Positions 10,804-19,778 of a DNA stretch of 64,000 nt are shown here, one piece after another. A program made the position numbers and the translations under genes. The notes under the pieces are model-generated. The model did no database searches and was not told where the DNA came from. It worked only from the letters and a program-made list of their open reading frames with translations. Origin of the DNA: Abditibacterium sp. (GTDB taxonomy: Bacteria > Armatimonadota > Abditibacteriia > Abditibacteriales > Abditibacteriaceae); NCBI GenBank assembly GCA_965199495.1, contig CBDASK010000003.1, positions 32,001 to 96,000 of the forward strand. The letters run 5' to 3'. The first letter of the stretch is position 1, and every line of letters starts with the position of its first letter.

Positions 10804-11556
10804 ATGAACATCAATTTCGCTTCGGCGCGCGCCAGTTTGATCGGCGCGGCGCTGCTTTCCCTTTCTTTTGGCCTTACTGGTTGCGGCGGCGGGGGCGGCG
10901 GCCCCAGCATTGTGCCAACTGCAACGCCACAATCAACCACCAACGATACCTCTTGCAGCCAGACGTATACGCCGAATTACAGAGTAGATTTGGCTAAGAC
11001 TACTGATAATCCTTTATTGCATTGGACACTTTTTCCGCTACACGTTTATTTCAGCACGAATGGCGCTTACACAGCCGCCCGAAAAACTTTGGCGGTTCAA
11101 GGTTTCAATCGCTGGGTGACAGCCACGGGCAGCAACGGCGTGACTTATCAAGTCGTCAACAGCGCGGATCAGGCCAATGTGGTGGTTAATTTTTATACCT
11201 TCACTGGCGGCGCGGGCGATAGACTCGGCTACACCAACGTCACTTACGATCCAACCACAAATATCATCATCGCGACGAGTAAAGACCCCGTGCAAATTAA
11301 CGTTGGATTTACTGGAAGCGACTACAACGACACGCTCACGGCGGCCCACGAGTTTGGGCACGCGCTGGGCATCAACGGCCACAGCGCCGACACACATGAC
11401 CTAATGTATTTCGAGGGCAACGATAATTATGGCGGCACCATCACCACGCGCGACTTGAATACGATGTTGACGGCTTATTGCGGAAACTTCAACAAAAATC
11501 CCAACGCCCGCACTGCGCCACAAACAGGCCCTCTCAAAACGGTTACCATCGAATAA
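10804..11556 (+). CDS. Matrixin-family zinc metalloprotease lipoprotein
   Basis: Lipobox LTGC; HEFGHALGINGHS; Met-turn DLMY. Confidence 0.88.
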   Translation: MNINFASARASLIGAALLSLSFGLTGCGGGGGGPSIVPTATPQSTTNDTSCSQTYTPNYRVDLAKTTDNPLLHWTLFPLHVYFSTNGAYTAARKTLAVQGFNRWVTATGSNGVTYQVVNSADQANVVVNFYTFTGGAGDRLGYTNVTYDPTTNIIIATSKDPVQINVGFTGSDYNDTLTAAHEFGHALGINGHSADTHDLMYFEGNDNYGGTITTRDLNTMLTAYCGNFNKNPNARTAPQTGPLKTVTIE

Positions 11557-11565
11557 TCGCGAGTT

Positions 11566-11599
11566 TTGCCAGCGAAAATAAGGTTATTTTCGCTGGCAA
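11566..11599 (+). terminator. Hairpin after the protease gene, possible terminator
   Basis: TTGCCAGCGAAAATAA/TTATTTTCGCTGGCAA perfect inverted repeat; no clear U-tract. Confidence 0.5.
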
Positions 11600-11629
11600 T
11601 CGCGCGGTTGAGATAACCTTTAAGAGCGT

Positions 11630-12379
11630 ATGATTTTACCGAACTTAGCTTTCGACGCGTTACTGTTTGGTGCGTTGCTGCTCGCGGCGGCCATTGACAG
11701 CGCGTTTCCCTTTACACACGGCGCGGTCTCGCTGCTTGTGGTGGGCGGCGCGACTTACTGGGCCGCGCAGGAACTTTACGAATGGCTGCTCCGCCGCGTC
11801 GGCTGGTCGCAGGAATCGCTAGCGACTTCACTGGCGCTTTGCACCGCCGGTTTTCTCTATTTTTGGCTGCGCAACCAATCGGATTTGGCGCTATTAGCGC
11901 TTTCCATCGGTCTGATGATGGGTTCGCTGATGCTGGCGATTTCCGTTATCGGCGCCCTGAGCGCGACGTTTCGCGAGGGCAAAGCCACGCCGATTTTCGG
12001 TTGGCTCACGACATTTTTACTTTCGGCCCTGCTCGGCGTGGCCGTTGGTTTCGCGGTTCTGGTGTTGGGACAGAGCGGTCTGGCAACATTGTCGCTCAAA
12101 CTCGGCGGCATCGTCGGCGCGTTCGTGTTGTGGAAACTGCGCGAATCGTTCGCGCCACCTGCCATCAACGCGCATTACGTGCAACCCGGCGCGCAGGAAA
12201 TCGCGCCGCCGCAAGAACAGCGCATGGCGCTGTCGCCTCAACGCGGCACCCTGCTCGACCGTCTGGTGCCGGTTTTGGTTCTGGGCATCGTCGCGTTGTT
12301 CGCCGCACGCGGCAAGTTTTCGCTGAACTTGCCAACAACTCCAGCCATCGCCGCGCCCACGCAAACGGACGCGCGTTAA
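11630..12379 (+). CDS. Hypothetical multi-pass membrane protein
   Basis: About 7 hydrophobic segments; ends 9 nt before dxr. Confidence 0.7.
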   Translation: MILPNLAFDALLFGALLLAAAIDSAFPFTHGAVSLLVVGGATYWAAQELYEWLLRRVGWSQESLATSLALCTAGFLYFWLRNQSDLALLALSIGLMMGSLMLAISVIGALSATFREGKATPIFGWLTTFLLSALLGVAVGFAVLVLGQSGLATLSLKLGGIVGAFVLWKLRESFAPPAINAHYVQPGAQEIAPPQEQRMALSPQRGTLLDRLVPVLVLGIVALFAARGKFSLNLPTTPAIAAPTQTDAR

Positions 12380-12388
12380 TTTGAATTC

Positions 12389-13567
12389 ATGCGCCAAATT
12401 GTCATTTTAGGTTCGACCGGCTCCATCGGCACGCAAGCCCTCGAAGTCGCGACGGCTTTGCCCAACGAAATCAAAGTCGTCGGTTTGGCGGCGGGCGCGA
12501 ATTGGCAGTTATTGGCGCAGCAAATTCGCGAGTGGCAACCCGCCGTAGCTGTAATCTTCGACGAGACGAAATTCGCCGACTTAAAAAACGCTGTCGGCGC
12601 CACGCAAACCAAATTATTGGCGGGCATGAACGGATTATTGGAAGCCGCGACCTGGCCCGGCGCCGACGTAATTTTGGGCGCGATGATGGGCGCGGCGGGC
12701 TTGCAGCCGACTTTAGCCGCCATTGGCGCGCGCAAAGCCATCGCGATTGCCAACAAAGAAACCTTGGTCGCGGCGGGCCAAATCGTGATGAACGCGGCGC
12801 GCGAAAATGACGTGACGCTGTGGCCGGTGGATTCGGAGCATTCGGCGCTGGCGCAATGTCTGTTGGGGGAGAAAACCGCCGATATTACCAAATTGACGAT
12901 TACGGCATCGGGCGGGCCGTTCTGGGCAAGTTCGCGCGACGAAATCGCGGCGGCACCAGCCACGGCGGCGCTCAAGCATCCGACGTGGATGATGGGCCGC
13001 AAAATCACCATTGATTCGGCGACGATGATGAACAAAGGTTTGGAAATGATCGAAGCGCACTGGCTCTTCGATGTTCCGATGGACAAAATTGAGGTGGCCG
13101 TGCATCGTCAGAGCATCGTACATTCGTTCGTCTCGTTTCGCGACGGCAGCGTCAAAGCGCAGTTGGGCGCACCCGATATGAAACTGCCGATTCAGTGGGG
13201 ACTTTTGGGCGGCACGCGCGCACCCGGCGACGCGCCGCATCTGGATTTGCCGACGCTGGGCCAGCTCACTTTTGAACAATCCGACGACGCGCGCTTCCCG
13301 GCGATTGGCTTGGCGCGCGATGCGATTGCGCGCGGCGGCACGGCGCCCGCCGCGATGAATGCGGCGAACGAGATCGCGGTTCAAGCGTTTCTTGACGGCG
13401 AAACCAATTTTTACGGCGTCACTGATTGCGTCGCCCACGTTTTGGGAAATCATCGAGTTTGCGCCTCGCCCACGCTGGAAGATGTATTAAATGTGGATGG
13501 CGAAGCGCGGCGCCAAGCGCGCGAATGGATAAATAACGCGAGCAACTGTTGCACTTTGATTTTCTGA
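12389..13567 (+). CDS. dxr: 1-deoxy-D-xylulose-5-phosphate reductoisomerase
   Basis: LGSTGSIGTQ, IANKETLV, PVDSEHSA, LTITASGGPF, HPTWMMGRKITIDSATMMNKGLE, NAANE. Confidence 0.97.
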   Translation: MRQIVILGSTGSIGTQALEVATALPNEIKVVGLAAGANWQLLAQQIREWQPAVAVIFDETKFADLKNAVGATQTKLLAGMNGLLEAATWPGADVILGAMMGAAGLQPTLAAIGARKAIAIANKETLVAAGQIVMNAARENDVTLWPVDSEHSALAQCLLGEKTADITKLTITASGGPFWASSRDEIAAAPATAALKHPTWMMGRKITIDSATMMNKGLEMIEAHWLFDVPMDKIEVAVHRQSIVHSFVSFRDGSVKAQLGAPDMKLPIQWGLLGGTRAPGDAPHLDLPTLGQLTFEQSDDARFPAIGLARDAIARGGTAPAAMNAANEIAVQAFLDGETNFYGVTDCVAHVLGNHRVCASPTLEDVLNVDGEARRQAREWINNASNCCTLIF

Positions 13568-13706
13568 ACCGCTCATGTAGGGGCGGGGTCTCCCCGCCCG
13601 AAACGTTATGCAATGGCCTCGTTTGTTGTCGCCATTTCGTGTAGGGGCGGGGAGACCCCGCCCCTACATGAGCGGTTCAGAAAATCAAAGTGCAACAGTT
13701 GCTCGC
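13538..13706. repeat. Palindromic element with 62-bp perfect arms and GTAG-type REP core
   Basis: 13538-13599 is the reverse complement of 13645-13706; core GTAGGGGCGGGGTCTCCCCGCCC. Confidence 0.9.
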
Positions 13707-13744
13707 ACTATTACTTGATTTTAGCGTTATCTTCCAAATTTTCT

Positions 13745-15055
13745 ATGTCACAAATCACTCTCGCCCCCGATGAAGCCACGCCCACAAGCAAAGCGCCCGC
13801 GCCCGAAGGCAGCGTCAATCCGCTCACAGTCGGCATTATTGTTTTGGCGGTGGTTGGGCTGGCTTTGTTTAAGCCCGAAATCGCTAAAACCGCGTTGGTT
13901 TTTATCGTCACGCTTTCGATTTTGGTGTTCGTTCACGAGTGGGGCCATTTCCAATTCGCGCGCTGGGCGGGCATGAAAGTCAACCGCTTCGCCATCGGTT
14001 TTCCGCCGTTTATCTACACCAAAAAATATCGGGGCATTGACTATTCGGTCGGCGCCCTGCCGATTGGCGGCATGGTGGACATCGCCGGTCTGGGATCGGA
14101 AGAAGAGATGGTCGCGACCGGCAAAGATCAGATGGAAGGTTTGCTCGAACGCACCAATACTGGCGAACGCAGCGCGAAAGCCGAGCGCGAATGGGCGGCG
14201 CCCGGAAAACTCAAACAGTTTCAGGAAGCCAATTTAGGCTGGCGTTTTTTGGTGTTGTTCGCCGGGCCGTTGATGAACTTTATCTTCGCGATTGTCATCT
14301 TCGTTGGCTTGCTTTCGATTGTCGGCGCGCCCGACATGACCAACGCAAAAATGAACCGCGTCGGCGCCACGTTGAGCGGTTCGCCCGCCGCCAAAGCGGG
14401 CGTGCAAACCGGCGATTTGATCGTGGGCGTTGCCAAAGTCAAAACCGACGATGCCGAAAAAATCTCCGATTTGATTCGCAAAACGCCCGCCGGTAAAACC
14501 GTTGACTTGCAACTCAAGCGCGATGGCAAAAACGTGACGATTCCACTCACGCCCGAACTCAAAACGATTCCAATTAATGGCGTGGACAAAAAAGTCCCGA
14601 CGGTTGGCATTGCGTTTGACGTTGACCCGGCGACCATCACCAAATATACGCGATTGAGCGTGATTGACGCGACCAAACAGGCGTTCGCCAGTTCGATTGG
14701 CATGAGTTCGCAGATTCTCGGTTTGGTCAAACGCGCCTTTACCGGCCATTTAACCGACATGGACAAAGGCGGCGTCGGTGGTCCGGTGGCTATCGCTAAA
14801 GCCAGCAAAAGCGCCAGCGACGCCGGTTATTATTCGCTGCTTTTGTTTGGCGCTTCACTTTCCATTAACTTAGGTTTGTTAAACCTTTTGCCGTTGCCAG
14901 CGTTAGATGGTGGGCGCATCTTGTTTCTGGGCTACGAACTCATCATGCGTCGCCCGCTCGACCCGCGCAAAGAAGGTTTCGTTCACGCGGCGGGCATGGT
15001 TTTGCTGCTGGCGTTCATGCTGTTCATCACGCTGCGTGATGTAATTCAATTGTAA
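13745..15055 (+). CDS. rseP: RIP (site-2) metalloprotease RseP with PDZ domain
   Basis: HEWGH, LPIGG, AGPLMN, NLLPLPALDGG; dxr-rseP-ispG synteny; start set at MSQITL. Confidence 0.92.
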   Translation: MSQITLAPDEATPTSKAPAPEGSVNPLTVGIIVLAVVGLALFKPEIAKTALVFIVTLSILVFVHEWGHFQFARWAGMKVNRFAIGFPPFIYTKKYRGIDYSVGALPIGGMVDIAGLGSEEEMVATGKDQMEGLLERTNTGERSAKAEREWAAPGKLKQFQEANLGWRFLVLFAGPLMNFIFAIVIFVGLLSIVGAPDMTNAKMNRVGATLSGSPAAKAGVQTGDLIVGVAKVKTDDAEKISDLIRKTPAGKTVDLQLKRDGKNVTIPLTPELKTIPINGVDKKVPTVGIAFDVDPATITKYTRLSVIDATKQAFASSIGMSSQILGLVKRAFTGHLTDMDKGGVGGPVAIAKASKSASDAGYYSLLLFGASLSINLGLLNLLPLPALDGGRILFLGYELIMRRPLDPRKEGFVHAAGMVLLLAFMLFITLRDVIQL

Positions 15056-15166
15056 AATAAGACGTTAGGAGTCAGAAGTGAGAAGCGGGGTTTTGCTACT
15101 TTGTGGCGTTCTTCACTTTCTAATTCTCGGATTCTCACTCCTGACTTCCAACTTCTAACTCTTAAC

Positions 15167-16276
15167 ATGAAATTCGACGTTTCTCTCGACATTCCCCGCC
15201 GTAAAACGCGCAAAATCAAAATTGGCAACATCTTCGTCGGCGGCGACGCGCCCATCGCGATTCAAACGATGGCCAAAACCAAAACCGATAACGTTCAAGC
15301 CACGATTGACCAAATCCACGCGATTCAGCAGGCGGGCGCCGACCTGGTGCGCGTGGCTGTGCCCGACGAAGCTTCGGCGCGTTCGCTGCACGACATCAAA
15401 GCCAACATCCAAATTCCGCTCGTCGCCGATATTCACTTCAACGCGAAATTCGCGATGATCGCGCTCGAACAGGGCGTTCACAAACTGCGCCTCAATCCCG
15501 GCAACATCCGCAACGAAGCCAAAATCCGCGACATCGTGCGCGCCGCCAAAGAGCGCAGCGTGCCAATCCGCATCGGCGTCAACGCCGGTTCGCTCGACCC
15601 GGATATTCGCGAACGTTACGGTAACACGCCGCGCGCTCTGGTTGAATCGGCCAAGCGCGAACTGTCGTATTTCGATAAAGAAGGTTTCGGCGATGTCATT
15701 ATCTCGATCAAAGCGTCGGACGTGCGCATGACGGTCGCCGCTTACACTCTGGCCGCCGAAGAATTGGACGATTATCCGTTGCATCTGGGCGTGACCGAAG
15801 CGGGCATTACGCGCATCGGAACGGTGAAAAGTGCGATGGGAATCGGCAATTTGCTGATGGCGGGCATCGGCGATACCCTGCGCGTTTCGTTGACCGGCGA
15901 TCCCGTTGACGAAGTCAAAATCGGCTGGGATATGTTGCAGGGTTTGGAACTGCGCCGTCGCGGGCCGAACGTGATTTCGTGTCCGAGTTGCGGGCGCTGC
16001 GATATTGACGTTGTGCCGCTGGCTATCGCGGTCAACGAAGCGATTGGCAGCATTTCGCAACCGATTTCGATTGCCGTGATGGGCTGCGAAGTCAACGGCC
16101 CCGGCGAAGCCAAAAGCGCCGACTACGGCGTGGCTGGTGGCAACGGCGTGAGTTTGATTTTCAAGAAAGGCCAAGTCGTAGCGCGCGCTTCGACCGAAAA
16201 TCAGTTGACGGCATTGATGGATGTCATCAACGAAGATTTGGCGAGCCAAGAACCTACGCTCGTTGAAGCGGAGTAA
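15167..16276 (+). CDS. ispG: HMBPP synthase IspG
   Basis: PLVADIHF, LRLNPGNI, RIGVNAGSL, PLHLGVTEAG, CPSCGR, VMGCEVNGPGEA. Confidence 0.97.
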   Translation: MKFDVSLDIPRRKTRKIKIGNIFVGGDAPIAIQTMAKTKTDNVQATIDQIHAIQQAGADLVRVAVPDEASARSLHDIKANIQIPLVADIHFNAKFAMIALEQGVHKLRLNPGNIRNEAKIRDIVRAAKERSVPIRIGVNAGSLDPDIRERYGNTPRALVESAKRELSYFDKEGFGDVIISIKASDVRMTVAAYTLAAEELDDYPLHLGVTEAGITRIGTVKSAMGIGNLLMAGIGDTLRVSLTGDPVDEVKIGWDMLQGLELRRRGPNVISCPSCGRCDIDVVPLAIAVNEAIGSISQPISIAVMGCEVNGPGEAKSADYGVAGGNGVSLIFKKGQVVARASTENQLTALMDVINEDLASQEPTLVEAE

Positions 16277-16302
16277 ATTCCGGCGAAACAGGAGGAAATC
16301 TT

Positions 16303-16935
16303 ATGGCAACGATGTTACAAACCGCGCCTCAAACAGAGAGCCGCCTGGCGACCGATGAGTTCGCGCAACGAGAACTCATCGGTGTCGAAATCTCCAATGG
16401 AAAGCCCAGAGAAAACCGAATAACGCCAGATGAGTTCATGCAACTCAAAATCGAAAACGCGGAATTAGTTGATGGCCAAATCATCGAAAAAATGCCCACA
16501 ATGTTCAGCCACGACAAGCTCGTTGGAATCATCTTCGCCTTGATATTCGCTTTTGTGAGAAAGCACAATTTAGGAGAAGTTGCTGCCGGTGGCTCTTTTA
16601 AAACGGGCGAAGATCAGGTTCGTGTGCCCGATGTCTCGTTCATTTCCAACCAAGACTTAGAAGGCGAAGATTTGGATTCTTACATTCAGAAGCCGCCGAC
16701 TTTGGCCGTTGAAATTATCTCGAAAAACGATACTTACGGCGACGTTGACGACAAAGCCGACGAGTTTTTGGCCGCAGGAACTCAAATGGTCTGGATCGTG
16801 AATCCGCGTCGCCGTACCGTGGCCGTTCACACGCCTGACGGCCTTCCGGTGGTTTATAACATCGGCGATACAATTCCCGGTGGCGCGGTTTTTCCCGGTT
16901 TCGAGTTGCCTGTCGCCGAAATCTTTGCAGATTAA
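16303..16935 (+). CDS. Uma2 (DUF820) family endonuclease-fold protein
   Basis: ELVDG, RVPDVSF, PTLAVEIIS, VWIVNP, PGFELPVAEIF. Confidence 0.9.
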   Translation: MATMLQTAPQTESRLATDEFAQRELIGVEISNGKPRENRITPDEFMQLKIENAELVDGQIIEKMPTMFSHDKLVGIIFALIFAFVRKHNLGEVAAGGSFKTGEDQVRVPDVSFISNQDLEGEDLDSYIQKPPTLAVEIISKNDTYGDVDDKADEFLAAGTQMVWIVNPRRRTVAVHTPDGLPVVYNIGDTIPGGAVFPGFELPVAEIFAD

Positions 16936-17021
16936 AAGCAACCCGAACGGTTATACTGCTTCCATTAAAAGGGGCGTCGCTTTGTTGCGGCGTCCGTTTT
17001 GCGTTTGGGAAACGATTAATT

Positions 17022-17672
17022 ATGCAGCTTCGTAAAGCCAAAAATTCGGACGTTCAGCAGATTCGCGCGCTCATCAATGAGATGGCGGCGCGCGTTGACG
17101 AAGATTACAAGCATGGCCACATGTTGCCGCGCTCTTTGACCGAGCTTTACGAACACATCCGCGATTATTCGGTCGTGGTTGATGACGATGATAACGTTGT
17201 CGGCTGTTGCGCGCTTCATTCGTGCTGGGACGGTTTGGCCGAACTCAAAGCTCTGGCGGTTGACGACGCGTTGCAGGGCCAGGGTTGGGGCCGCAAATTA
17301 GTGGATTCGGTGCTGTCCGAATCGGATGAACTGGGCATTGACTGCGTTTTTACGTTGACCAACAAGCACGATTTCTTCGATAAATTGGGTTTCAAAGCCA
17401 TCGAAATGTGGAAATTGCCGCAACGCGTGTGGAGCGAATGCACCAACTGTCCAAAGTTCATGGTCGCCTGTGACGAAGTCGCGATGACTTTTGGTGGCAA
17501 AGAGCCGCGCCAGACGTATATTCCCGCTGTCGGCGTCAATGCCAGCCCCAAAGCGCATGCGGCCTTGGGATTGGCTCCGGCCAGCGGCGCCGTCGGTCCG
17601 ATGAATACCGATGGTTTTCGTCCGCCGTTTGGGCCAGCCACAGCGAATGTTATCGAACTGCAACAGAAGTAG
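17022..17672 (+). CDS. Short GNAT N-acetyltransferase, ArgA (amino-acid acetyltransferase) type
   Basis: MLPRSLTELYE, GCCALH, AELKALAV, QGQGWG, LPQRVWSECTNCPKF..CDEVAM. Confidence 0.82.
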   Translation: MQLRKAKNSDVQQIRALINEMAARVDEDYKHGHMLPRSLTELYEHIRDYSVVVDDDDNVVGCCALHSCWDGLAELKALAVDDALQGQGWGRKLVDSVLSESDELGIDCVFTLTNKHDFFDKLGFKAIEMWKLPQRVWSECTNCPKFMVACDEVAMTFGGKEPRQTYIPAVGVNASPKAHAALGLAPASGAVGPMNTDGFRPPFGPATANVIELQQK

Positions 17673-17728
17673 TTTTGAGTTAGATCTCACCTTACGCTGT
17701 TGGATTATTGCGGCTCTAAATTCATGGA

Positions 17729-17893
17729 ATTTACATCGTTGGCCTGTCATTTCGAGCGAAGCCGAGAAATCTTGCGCCCGCGCGGCAGCGCAGATCCGCT
17801 AATTTTTACGTTCGGGAACACGCATTATTTCCGCTGGCGCGGGGCCGCAAGATTTCTCGGCTTCGCTCGAAATGACAGGCCAACGGTGTAAAT
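17729..17893. repeat. Palindromic REP doublet, TGTCATTTCGAGCGAAGCCGAGAAATCT core
   Basis: Near-perfect inverted arms; interior shares CGCGGCAGCG...CCGCTGGCGCGGGGCCG with the element at 19559. Confidence 0.88.
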
Positions 17894-17955
17894 CCTAAAC
17901 TCACCCCATCCAAAATCACCTCACCGCTAACAGGAGCCACGCCCGACGAATTCAC

Positions 17956-19527
17956 ATGAATAGAACGCCTTTTCTGGTTTGTGCCCTGCTCGTGTCTGGC
18001 TTCATCAGTACAATTGCCGATGCGCAAAATGCGACGATTATCCCAACGGCGCCCGATTTGACGCGACCGCTCACGCTCGAAGAAAGCATTCGCATCGCGC
18101 TCCAAAACAACGGGCAAACTGGCGCCGGAGCCTTGCAGGCGCAGAGCGCGCGCGAAGGCATTACTTCGGCGCGCGCGGCGGGTTTGCCACAAATCACGGG
18201 CAACATCGGCTACAATTATCTCAATCAGCGCACTTCGGTTTTCGTGCCCAATATCGGAACTGGAACCGGCGTTGGAACGGGCGGCGTCGGAACGGTGCCA
18301 ATTATTACGGGCACGAACGGCATTCAGGGCACCACCAACTCTTCGACGACGACGAACATTGCGGTTTCGCAAAACATCTTCGATGGCGGGCGCACGCGTC
18401 AACTGATTCGCAGCGCGCGCGCTTCGAGCCAGAGCGCTGTCGGAGCGTTTGGGCAAGCGCGCGGCGGTTTGGCGTTCACGGTCGCGCAGCGATTTTACGA
18501 ACAATTGCGCCAGCAAAAGTTAGTCGAGCAATTCAATGCGCAGGTGGATTTGGCCAAAGAACAAGTCGAGCAGGTGCGCGCACAAATTGAGGTCGGGACG
18601 GTGGCGCGCGTGGATATTTTGAGCGTGCAAGTCACTTTGCGCCAACGGCAATTCGATTTGGTGACCGCGCGTAATAATTTGGCCCAGGCGCGCGTGAATT
18701 TTCGCAATGCGTTGGCTTTGGAGAGTGGCCCCGCGCTGCAATTGGTCGAAGCGCCAAGCGTGACGCAGGTCGCCGGAGTGCCCGCCAAACCGCAGCCACT
18801 GGACGCCAGCGATTTGCAGCCCGGCATCGCGGTGCCGCCTTTAGCCGAATTGCCGACGACCGATTTGCTCAGCGCCGCGCCGCCCGATGTGCCTCAACTC
18901 GAACCGCTTGAAACCTACCAAGCGCAAGCGCGCGCGTTGCGGCCCGATTTGGTGCAGAGCCGCGCCGCCGTCACGCAGGGCGAAGCGAGTCTGGCGCTGG
19001 CCAACATCGCAAAGCGTCCGCAAGTCGCGGCGAGCGCGGGCTTCAACATTGACCCGCGATCGAGCGACGAACGGCGTTTTCAGTTGGGCGCCGGTTTATC
19101 CCTTCCGATTTTCGATGGCGGCGCCTTGAGCGCCAACAAACGCGCGGCGCAGGATCAACTCGCGGCCAGCAAAATCACGCTCGCCCAACGCGAAAAAGAC
19201 GCCGATGCCGATGTCCAGGCGAGCTATCTCGACATCGCCGGACAAGTCGAGCGTATCGCCAACGCGCGCGTTCTGGTCGAGCAGGCGCAACTCAATTTGC
19301 AGACCGCGACCGAGCGTTATCGTCTGGGACTTGGCATCGTGCTGGACGTGACCAACGCGCAAACGCAACTTTTCAGCGCGCAGGTTAGCGCGACGCAGGC
19401 GGTCTACGATTACGAAATCGCGCGCGCCATGTTGGATCAGGCCGTCGGACGCTTCGCGTGGGCCGATCCGGGTATAGCGCCGCCCGCCGTGGCTCCTGTC
19501 GAGGTGCCGGTTGAGTTGCAGCGGTGA
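17956..19527 (+). CDS. TolC family outer membrane protein
   Basis: Signal peptide, LTLEESIRIALQNN, QNIFDGG, LPIFDGG, RYRLG. Confidence 0.92.
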   Translation: MNRTPFLVCALLVSGFISTIADAQNATIIPTAPDLTRPLTLEESIRIALQNNGQTGAGALQAQSAREGITSARAAGLPQITGNIGYNYLNQRTSVFVPNIGTGTGVGTGGVGTVPIITGTNGIQGTTNSSTTTNIAVSQNIFDGGRTRQLIRSARASSQSAVGAFGQARGGLAFTVAQRFYEQLRQQKLVEQFNAQVDLAKEQVEQVRAQIEVGTVARVDILSVQVTLRQRQFDLVTARNNLAQARVNFRNALALESGPALQLVEAPSVTQVAGVPAKPQPLDASDLQPGIAVPPLAELPTTDLLSAAPPDVPQLEPLETYQAQARALRPDLVQSRAAVTQGEASLALANIAKRPQVAASAGFNIDPRSSDERRFQLGAGLSLPIFDGGALSANKRAAQDQLAASKITLAQREKDADADVQASYLDIAGQVERIANARVLVEQAQLNLQTATERYRLGLGIVLDVTNAQTQLFSAQVSATQAVYDYEIARAMLDQAVGRFAWADPGIAPPAVAPVEVPVELQR

Positions 19528-19558
19528 TAGACAATAAAATTCCGCAATCGCTTATGGC

Positions 19559-19721
19559 GTTTTGTTGTCATTCCGAGAGTAAGGAGCTTGCGACTGGAAC
19601 CGAGGAATCTTACGCCTTCGCGGCAGCGAAAGTGAAAGAGGTTTAGAGTTCCGCTGGCGCGGGGCCGATAGATTCCTCGGTTCCAGTCGCAAGCTCCTTA
19701 CTCTCGGAATGACAACAAAAC
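19559..19721. repeat. Palindromic REP doublet, TGTCATTCCGAG...GAGGAATCT core, 52-bp perfect arms
   Basis: 19559-19610 is the reverse complement of 19670-19721. Confidence 0.88.
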
Positions 19722-19778
19722 TCCGCAACGCGTCTTCAATAAGCGAAAGCAGCCGAATTTGTGTGAATTAAATCATCA

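Noticed and set aside
13613..13744. N-terminal extension of rseP (and similar ones at 34925 and 51239)
   Set aside because: These are read-throughs of palindromic repeat sequence; better starts lie downstream.
15155..16249. Long antisense ORFs (also 23001-23915, 26849-27772, 41878-42876, 46813-47733, 57480-58472, 59580-60611)
   Set aside because: Shadow frames of well-supported genes in GC-rich DNA with no recognisable motifs.
16303..16935. Uma2 genes (also 55678-56268) as a defence island
   Set aside because: They are solitary members of a commonly expanded family in housekeeping context.
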